Source: a virus. Taken from it: DNA of 64,000 nucleotides. Position 1 is the stretch's first letter, and each line of letters opens with the position of its first letter. The notes under the pieces were generated by a model, which saw only the letters and a list, made by a program, of their open reading frames with translations, ran no database searches and was not told the origin of the DNA. Position numbers and translations under genes: made by a program. The stretch covers positions 64,001 to 128,000 of the IMG/VR virus record IMGVR_UViG_3300035501_000484, one strand, 5' to 3'. This document shows positions 58,612-64,000 of the stretch, piece after piece.

Positions 58612-59046
58612 ATGACCTATTACAATCCAAATTATTATATGAATAATGTATATCCATATAGTAATCAATATCCAATGCCTATGCAACAGCCTCAACAAAT
58701 GCAACCTACATATCAAATGAATAATCAGCCACAACAGAGTTTAAATGGAAAAATAGTTGATAGCGAAGATATTGTTAGAGCTACAGAAGTTCCAATAGGC
58801 GGATACGGAATTTTTCCTAAAGCAGATTTGAGTGAAATTTATATTAAATCATGGAATAACAATGGTACTACAAGTGTTATTACTTTTAAGCCTATGGCGC
58901 AAACTCAAACAGAAATAAAGAAAAGTAATGAAGAAATGATATTACAAAAAATTGAAACATTAGAAAATAAAATAGATATGTTCTTGGCGCAGCCTTCAGT
59001 TGAGGCTCCACAAGTAAAGAAAGAGGTGGCAAAGAATGGCTTCTAA
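58612..59046 (+). CDS. Q/N/Y/P-rich (prion-like N-terminus) protein
   Basis: 144 aa. N-terminal MTYYNPNYYMNNVYPYSNQYPMPMQQPQQMQPTYQMNNQPQQ, then a globular C-terminal part. GAGGAG RBS. Confidence 0.5.
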   Translation: MTYYNPNYYMNNVYPYSNQYPMPMQQPQQMQPTYQMNNQPQQSLNGKIVDSEDIVRATEVPIGGYGIFPKADLSEIYIKSWNNNGTTSVITFKPMAQTQTEIKKSNEEMILQKIETLENKIDMFLAQPSVEAPQVKKEVAKNGF

Positions 59047-59281
59047 TATGAATCCTATGCAATTTATACAATTTATTTGTAGCAGCGGAAATCCGCAACA
59101 ATTTGTAATTAATATGTTAGAACAAAGGTCATCTAATAATCCAATGATGGCTAATTTATTAGACCTTGCTAAAAAAGGAGATACAAAAGGAATAGAAGAA
59201 GTAGCTAGGAATGCTTGCAAAGAGCAAGGAAAAGATTATGATAAAGAATTTGCAAATTTTAGACAAATGCTAGGTTTGTAA
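59036..59281 (+). CDS. hypothetical small protein
   Basis: 81-aa ORF overlapping the upstream stop. Confidence 0.4.
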   Translation: MASNMNPMQFIQFICSSGNPQQFVINMLEQRSSNNPMMANLLDLAKKGDTKGIEEVARNACKEQGKDYDKEFANFRQMLGL

Positions 59282-59318
59282 ATTTTAATAAATAAATATT
59301 TTTAATAGGAGGTAACTT

Positions 59319-60152
59319 ATGTTTAATTCAGGAGAAGGCTATAGTCTTACTGATATCGCGGCTGCATCAGGTAGAAATGGTTATGGAGACAGCTTTATGG
59401 GTAATGGTGCTTGGTGGATTATTATCTTATTCTTATTCATATTCTCTGGATGGGGAGGTAATGGATTCGGAGGAGCTAATTCCGCAGCTGCTCAAGGTGC
59501 TTTAACAAGAGCTGATTTATGTCAAGATATGAATTTTAATCAGCTTGAAAGTTCAGTTAGAGGAGTTCAGCAAGGACTTTGTGATGGCTTCTATGCTATG
59601 AACACAGGTATGTTAAATGGTTTTGCTAATGCTCAGCAAACTATGTGTGCAGGTTTTGGTGGTTTAACTAACACATTAAATCAAAATACTAATGCATTAC
59701 AGCAAGACATTACTGGTGTGACTATTGCTAATATGCAGAATACTAACGCATTACAGCAAGATATTAATGCTAATACTGTTGCAAATATGCAGAACACAAA
59801 TGCACTTCAATCTCAAATGGCTCAATGCTGCTGCGATAATAGAGCTGGTCAAAAAGATATTGAGTTCCAGCTTGCATCAAACACTTGCGATGTTAAAAAC
59901 ACTATTCAAAACACAACAAGAGACATCATTGATAACCAGAATTGTGCGACAAGAAGCATTTTAGATTTCTTAGTTCAAGATAAACTTTCTACATTACAGG
60001 CAGAAAATCAGAACTTGAAATTCGCAGCTAGTCAGTGTGCACAGAACAACTATCTTGTTAGTCAATTAAGACCAGCTCCAATACCTGCATATCAAGTAGC
60101 TAATCCATATATTGGATATGGACTTGGATATGGTTGTGAATGTGGAGCTTAA
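59319..60152 (+). CDS. Cys-rich single-pass membrane protein with tandem NMQNTNALQQDI repeats
   Basis: 277 aa. TM segment GAWWIIILFLFIFSGWGG. Three repeats of NMQNTNALQ. Multiple Cys residues (CCCDNRAG, CDVKN, CATRS, GYGCECGA). Confidence 0.5.
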   Translation: MFNSGEGYSLTDIAAASGRNGYGDSFMGNGAWWIIILFLFIFSGWGGNGFGGANSAAAQGALTRADLCQDMNFNQLESSVRGVQQGLCDGFYAMNTGMLNGFANAQQTMCAGFGGLTNTLNQNTNALQQDITGVTIANMQNTNALQQDINANTVANMQNTNALQSQMAQCCCDNRAGQKDIEFQLASNTCDVKNTIQNTTRDIIDNQNCATRSILDFLVQDKLSTLQAENQNLKFAASQCAQNNYLVSQLRPAPIPAYQVANPYIGYGLGYGCECGA

Positions 60153-60170
60153 TTAAAATTAAATAACTTA

Positions 60171-60611
60171 TTGGAGGTAAAATACAAAATGGCTGAATAT
60201 ACAGCAAATGCGGTTCAAACAGTTGCCGCAAATCAAGATGTATTATTTACAAGCGAGCCTATTAGCGGAAATTGCTCCATTCTACACCGTAGTGGTAGTG
60301 GATTAGTTACATTGCGCGGCATTACTCGCCAATGCCGCGCAAGATTTAAAGTAACTTTTAGTGGAAATATAGCAATTCCATCTACGGGCACAGCTGGAGC
60401 TATCTCTATATCAATTTCCGCAAATGGAGAACCTTTAGATAGCTCAACTATGATTTCCACTACATCTACTGTTGCTCAATTTAATAATGTTTCTAGCGCA
60501 GTATTTATAGATGTTCCTATTGGATGTTGCACTCAAATAGCAGTTAAAAATATTAGCACTCAGGCAATTAGTGTACAAAATGCAAATTTATTAGTAGAAA
60601 GAGTGGCATAA
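60171..60611 (+). CDS. C1q/TNF-like (BclA C-terminal-domain-like) protein
   Basis: 146 aa. Its pattern (…ANQDVLFTSEPISGN…GLVTLRGITRQ…FKVTFSGNIAIPSTGTAGAISISISANGEPL…) resembles the jelly-roll C-terminal domain of Bacillus/Clostridium collagen-like exosporium proteins. Assignment by eye only. Confidence 0.3.
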   Translation: MEVKYKMAEYTANAVQTVAANQDVLFTSEPISGNCSILHRSGSGLVTLRGITRQCRARFKVTFSGNIAIPSTGTAGAISISISANGEPLDSSTMISTTSTVAQFNNVSSAVFIDVPIGCCTQIAVKNISTQAISVQNANLLVERVA

Positions 60612-60622
60612 GGAGATAAAAT

Positions 60623-60877
60623 ATGGACAAATTAAAATATATTAAAAATACATTAATAGATACTGCAATGTCACATATGAACGATTTAAAAGCAGTTGAT
60701 GCGCATGAGCTAGGTGAAGTAATAGATATGATTAAAGATATAGAAGAAGCTATCTATTACTGTCATATCTCAAAAGCGATGGAAAAAGATGAAGAAGAAG
60801 TAGTTCATCATACATTGCCTTATATGGTACATGAACATTATAAGGAAACAATGGAAGAAAAAGAAATGAAAAAATAA
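60623..60877 (+). CDS. hypothetical small acidic protein
   Basis: 84 aa. Followed by bidirectional terminator 60941-60976. Confidence 0.45.
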   Translation: MDKLKYIKNTLIDTAMSHMNDLKAVDAHELGEVIDMIKDIEEAIYYCHISKAMEKDEEEVVHHTLPYMVHEHYKETMEEKEMKK

Positions 60878-60940
60878 CTTATATATTATAGACCTAATTG
60901 ATAGAAATATCAGACCTAATTATAATATAAAAGCCAATAA

Positions 60941-60976
60941 GGAGAAGTAGCGCCAACTACTTCTCCTATTTTTTTA
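60941..60976. terminator. bidirectional terminator between convergent plus and minus blocks
   Basis: GGAGAAGTAG-cgccaa-CTACTTCTCC. T-run downstream on plus (TATTTTTTTA). A-rich tract on the other side. Confidence 0.65.
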
Positions 60977-61477
60977 TTCCCAGTTTATTTCATTACTTAA
61001 TTTATTAACATATGCGTATCCTATTCCTATAGCATCTGCCTCATCATCATTAACAGTAATCCCAAAATTTTCTTTTACAAATTTTATATCCGCGGACTTC
61101 AGTGTCTCGCGCTTTACACCTCGTCCTGTGTGTATACCACATGCCGCCCGCCATTCATTAGGATAAGTATATTCTACTTCTATTGTATTAAAGCGTTCAT
61201 GTATTAAAAAAGCAATTGCCGCTTGAAGGTACATTAACGCCTTATGTGTTTTGATATTCTGTAAACCTTGTTCTGGTCTAACTTCCTCTAAAATAATTTT
61301 ATCTATTTTTTCTTTTGTTAAAATTTGCTCTAGTTCAGTAATCATTTTATTTATACGTTTTATTAAATCTGTTGATGATGCAGTAATACAACCATAACTT
61401 TCTAATTTTTGTTCGTTAAAAATTGCATATCCTGTTGCCTTAGTGGAAGCATCCAAGCTTAATATTTTCATCCACAT
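60974..61477 (-). CDS. ruvC: RuvC-family Holliday junction resolvase
   Basis: N-terminal MKILSLDASTKATGYAIF matches the RuvC motif I (LGIDPG…TGYAV). Size 167 aa. Promoter TTGACA-17-TATAAT at 61498-61526 (minus). Confidence 0.75.
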   Translation of the reverse strand: MWMKILSLDASTKATGYAIFNEQKLESYGCITASSTDLIKRINKMITELEQILTKEKIDKIILEEVRPEQGLQNIKTHKALMYLQAAIAFLIHERFNTIEVEYTYPNEWRAACGIHTGRGVKRETLKSADIKFVKENFGITVNDDEADAIGIGYAYVNKLSNEINWE

Positions 61478-61497
61478 TCCTCCTGTTCTATAACTAG

Positions 61498-61526
61498 ATT
61501 ATAACACAAAAATTTAGTTTTGTCAA
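61498..61526 (-). promoter_or_regulatory. promoter of ruvC
   Basis: Minus strand: TTGACA (rc of 61521-61526), 17 nt, TATAAT (rc of 61498-61503). Confidence 0.55.
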
Positions 61527-61547
61527 CTTTTATTTAAACATAAAAAA

Positions 61548-61577
61548 TAAGAGTGAATTATTTATCACTCTTATCAT
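61548..61577 (-). terminator. terminator hairpin upstream of ruvC promoter
   Basis: AAGAGTGA-attattta-TCACTCTT flanked by A/T runs. Confidence 0.45.
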
Positions 61578-61691
61578 TTATCAATTCTTTTAGATATAAA
61601 TAATAAAATAAAGACCAATCATCTTCTTCATCAATAATAGGCTCATAATTATTTATTATTATTGATATTTCTTCTATTGTTTTTATATTTT

Positions 61692-61958
61692 TCATAATAC
61701 TCTAGGTTCTTCATAAAATTGAATATCTGAATATCTATCTTCTAAATATTCAATAAACTCGTTAGAGTCCATGCAATTAAAGATAAAAGATTCTTCTGTG
61801 TAATCCTTGCCAAAAGTATCTTCTATAGCATCTATTATATCATAAATACCTCTGTCTTTTTTAAGAAAAGGCTTTAAATCTTTAGTATCAAGAAAAGCTT
61901 TCTCTTTAGCTTGCCATTCTAAGCTTTCTTTCCAACTCATTTCAGCCATTCCAATCAT
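61692..61958 (-). CDS. hypothetical protein
   Basis: 88 aa. Start overlaps the dUTPase stop. Confidence 0.5.
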   Translation of the reverse strand: MIGMAEMSWKESLEWQAKEKAFLDTKDLKPFLKKDRGIYDIIDAIEDTFGKDYTEESFIFNCMDSNEFIEYLEDRYSDIQFYEEPRVL

Positions 61959-62398
61959 TAATTAGTCCCTGTGCTACCAAAACCGCCATCTCCGCGTTCT
62001 GTATCGCTCAATTCATCTACTACAGTAAAATCAACAGGTATAAATGGCATTATAACTAGTTGAGCAATTCTTTCACCAGCTTCAATAATCATTTCTTCAT
62101 CTGTATCATTACGAAGAGCAACAATACATTCTCCCCTATAATCTGAGTCTATAACACCTACACAGTTAGCTGGTCTAAGTCCCTTTTTAGTAGCTAAACC
62201 GCTTCTTGCAAATATAGCTCCAAAAGTATTTTCTGGCAATTCAATTGAAATTCCCGTTCCAATTTTTTCAACATTATGAGCACCGATTTCTATAGGTTTA
62301 GTTGTTGCAGCATGTAAGTCATATCCCGCAGCTTTTTCACTTCCTCTTGTTGGAACTTTAGCATTTTCATTTAATAATTTAATTTTTATATTTTCCAT
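61958..62398 (-). CDS. dut: dUTP diphosphatase (dUTPase)
   Basis: All canonical dUTPase motifs are present: AGYDL, RSGLA, GVIDSDYRGE, GERIAQL and RGDGGFGSTG. Confidence 0.95.
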   Translation of the reverse strand: MENIKIKLLNENAKVPTRGSEKAAGYDLHAATTKPIEIGAHNVEKIGTGISIELPENTFGAIFARSGLATKKGLRPANCVGVIDSDYRGECIVALRNDTDEEMIIEAGERIAQLVIMPFIPVDFTVVDELSDTERGDGGFGSTGTN

Positions 62399-62668
62399 TT
62401 ACTCATCCTCCGAAAAGGCACTTCCTGATGTATTATAACTTACTGTTGCAGAACCAATAGGCTCTTTTTCATCATCAAAAACCTTGGTAAGGGTAACTCT
62501 ATACCACTCTTCCACTACCTCTCCTTTTTGCTTGCGCTCACGATGAACAGAAGTATATTTATCAAGAGTAAATCCAGTATCAGCTTTAGCATCATTTATT
62601 AATTGCGCAGCCTCTCTTTCCGTATCTGCTCTATAGGTTTCATCAACCTTAATTAAATATTTGCTCAT
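62399..62668 (-). CDS. hypothetical protein
   Basis: 89-aa ORF tightly packed between dut and the next gene. Confidence 0.5.
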   Translation of the reverse strand: MSKYLIKVDETYRADTEREAAQLINDAKADTGFTLDKYTSVHRERKQKGEVVEEWYRVTLTKVFDDEKEPIGSATVSYNTSGSAFSEDE

Positions 62669-62689
62669 ATCCTTTTATCTCCTAATTCT

Positions 62690-62950
62690 TTAAACTATAT
62701 TTATCTCAAGTGTATTTTTATCATATTTAACCATTTCAGCTTCTTTAATCTTTTTACTTAGTCCTTTATTATATTGTTTTGGACCAACTAAATCTAATTG
62801 ACTTACATCATATTCTTGCATAAGAGCAAAAATAGTTTCACTTATTTCATCTATAGTTGGAGAAGCTGAATCTAATTTATTACCATCTTCATAAACATAA
62901 AAATTCTGTTTCATATCAAATGGCTTTATCACACCTATTATTTTCTTCAT
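62690..62950 (-). CDS. hypothetical protein
   Basis: 86-aa ORF. Confidence 0.5.
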   Translation of the reverse strand: MKKIIGVIKPFDMKQNFYVYEDGNKLDSASPTIDEISETIFALMQEYDVSQLDLVGPKQYNKGLSKKIKEAEMVKYDKNTLEINIV

Positions 62951-62959
62951 ATTTATGCC

Positions 62960-63337
62960 TCACTCAATAACTCCAGTATCATAAGGAAATAAATAATAAA
63001 CAAGAGCTTCATCATCTGCGGAAATCCATATTTCAAAGGCATCTTTAGCCTCAGTTAAATCGATTGAAATGACGTCCCCGCGATTATCTAAACATTCTTT
63101 TAGACCTTCCATTATTTTCTTTATTGTTATATCATCTTTATTTCCTAAATTAAATAAAGTAAAATTATATGTTTCTCTATTTAATAACATAAAATATTTA
63201 TCATTTTGAGCTAAAAAGAACTGTTTAATTTCTCTTAATCTTTTATTTAAATCAGTATGAGTAAGAGGAGCTTCTAATTTGGCAGCACTTTTAGCTACTT
63301 CATATACAGTTCCTAATGCTACATCTACATCTGACAT
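62960..63337 (-). CDS. hypothetical protein
   Basis: 125-aa ORF. Confidence 0.5.
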   Translation of the reverse strand: MSDVDVALGTVYEVAKSAAKLEAPLTHTDLNKRLREIKQFFLAQNDKYFMLLNRETYNFTLFNLGNKDDITIKKIMEGLKECLDNRGDVISIDLTEAKDAFEIWISADDEALVYYLFPYDTGVIE

Positions 63338-63339
63338 AT

Positions 63340-63855
63340 TTATTCTCCTTTTATTGTTTTTCCTATTGATATTATATCATTTATTTTTTCTTTTGTCAAA
63401 ATTCTTTGATTTTTACTTCCTCGCCATTTTAATGTAATATCACGTTCTTCTTCAATATAAGCTCCATCAATTATTACATCTATATTTTGTAATATATTTG
63501 CAATACAAGGATTTAAAAATATATCTTCAATATCATATCCAGTCCATATAAAAATTTTTATATTTGGATAAATTTCTTTTACTTTAAGAATTAATCTTAA
63601 AATATATTCTCTATTTTCTTCGCACAGCGGCTCCCCGCCTAAGATACTTAAGTTCCGTTGTATATTATTTTTATTAATTAAAGAAAGTATTTTTTCTGTT
63701 AATTCATTTTCATCTATTTCAATTCCGCCATTAAAGTCCCAGGTAGAAGAATTAAAACAACCTTTGCAATGTCTATGGCAACCTTGAGTGAAGAGAGAGA
63801 CGCATACGTTCTCTCCATTCACTACATCATTTCCAATTATACTAGCATATCTCAT
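63340..63855 (-). CDS. nrdG: anaerobic ribonucleoside-triphosphate reductase activating protein (radical SAM)
   Basis: 171 aa. Radical-SAM cluster GCHRHCKGCFN (CxxxCxxC) near the N-terminus. Its ATG overlaps the stop of the upstream nrdD (ATGA). Confidence 0.8.
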   Translation of the reverse strand: MRYASIIGNDVVNGENVCVSLFTQGCHRHCKGCFNSSTWDFNGGIEIDENELTEKILSLINKNNIQRNLSILGGEPLCEENREYILRLILKVKEIYPNIKIFIWTGYDIEDIFLNPCIANILQNIDVIIDGAYIEEERDITLKWRGSKNQRILTKEKINDIISIGKTIKGE

Positions 63856-64000
63856 CTGTGTTTTACCCTCATTTCAACCTCTTGTTGTTTTCCTTTGTTA
63901 AAGGCAGTTGTATAGTTTCCAGTGAGATAGCCTGTTACTCTACGAAGACGTTGAATATGTTCGCTATTACACATTGGACATTCTTCTCCTAATTCATCAG
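63852..64000 (-). CDS. nrdD: anaerobic ribonucleoside-triphosphate reductase, C-terminal fragment (window edge)
   Basis: Minus-strand translation of the last 49 codons: DELGEECPMCNSEHIQRLRRVTGYLTGNYTTAFNKGKQQEVEMRVKHR*. It shows the C-terminal CxxC zinc site and the glycyl-radical motif RVTGY of class III RNR. Confidence 0.8.
   Translation of the reverse strand, partial: DELGEECPMCNSEHIQRLRRVTGYLTGNYTTAFNKGKQQEVEMRVKHR

Noticed and set aside
59319-60152. Holin assignment for the TM protein
   Set aside because: A single TM and 277 aa with a large Cys-rich extracellular-type domain is atypical for holins. No adjacent endolysin.
1-64000. Integrase, excisionase or repressor (lysogeny module), rRNA or CRISPR features
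   Set aside because: None recognisable in any frame of this window. Whether the element is a prophage or a virion genome cannot be decided from this window.

Overview
This 64-kb window reads as part of a large, very AT-rich tailed-phage genome (virion or prophage). There are no integrase, rRNA or CRISPR features. A class-III anaerobic ribonucleotide reductase pair (nrdD/nrdG) points to an anaerobic low-GC Gram-positive host; that host call is inference.

The window has three blocks:
- **1-18.9 kb, early / host-takeover-like block.** About 45 small genes lie almost all on the minus strand. Nearly every gene has its own sigma-A-type promoter (minus-strand TTGACA-17-TATAAT, seen on the plus strand as 'atatatttattata...ttgtcaag') and its own hairpin terminator. 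The block is interrupted by non-coding repeat regions: an iteron/AT-rich origin-like region at 1.3-2.3 kb, and a CTAACT/AGTTAG palindrome cluster plus tandem repeats at 16.1-16.95 kb.
- **18.9-60.9 kb, plus-strand morphogenesis block.** It contains two zinc-ribbon proteins, a terminase large subunit followed by a group I intron carrying an HNH homing endonuclease, portal, scaffold-like protein, major capsid, neck and tail proteins, a giant 2796-aa tape-measure protein, large tail-fiber/baseplate proteins with tandem repeats, and a terminal cluster of unusual proteins (Q/N-rich, Cys-rich membrane, C1q/BclA-like).
- **60.9-64.0 kb, minus-strand DNA-metabolism block.** It holds RuvC, dUTPase, NrdG and the 3' end of NrdD.

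The most unusual feature is a family of seven dispersed plus-strand modules inside the early block. Each consists of a conserved upstream segment, a plus-strand promoter, a long GC-rich hairpin with compensatory stem changes and a conserved loop core AGAG-N-AGCG, and a bidirectional terminator. These look like small structured RNAs, or nut/put-like promoter-proximal elements, transcribed antisense to the early genes.

Also notable is a tRNA-like composite element on the minus strand at 14054-14236, with two T-arms and a D-arm. Its 7-nt acceptor complementarity spans 183 nt, and it does not fold as a canonical tRNA.
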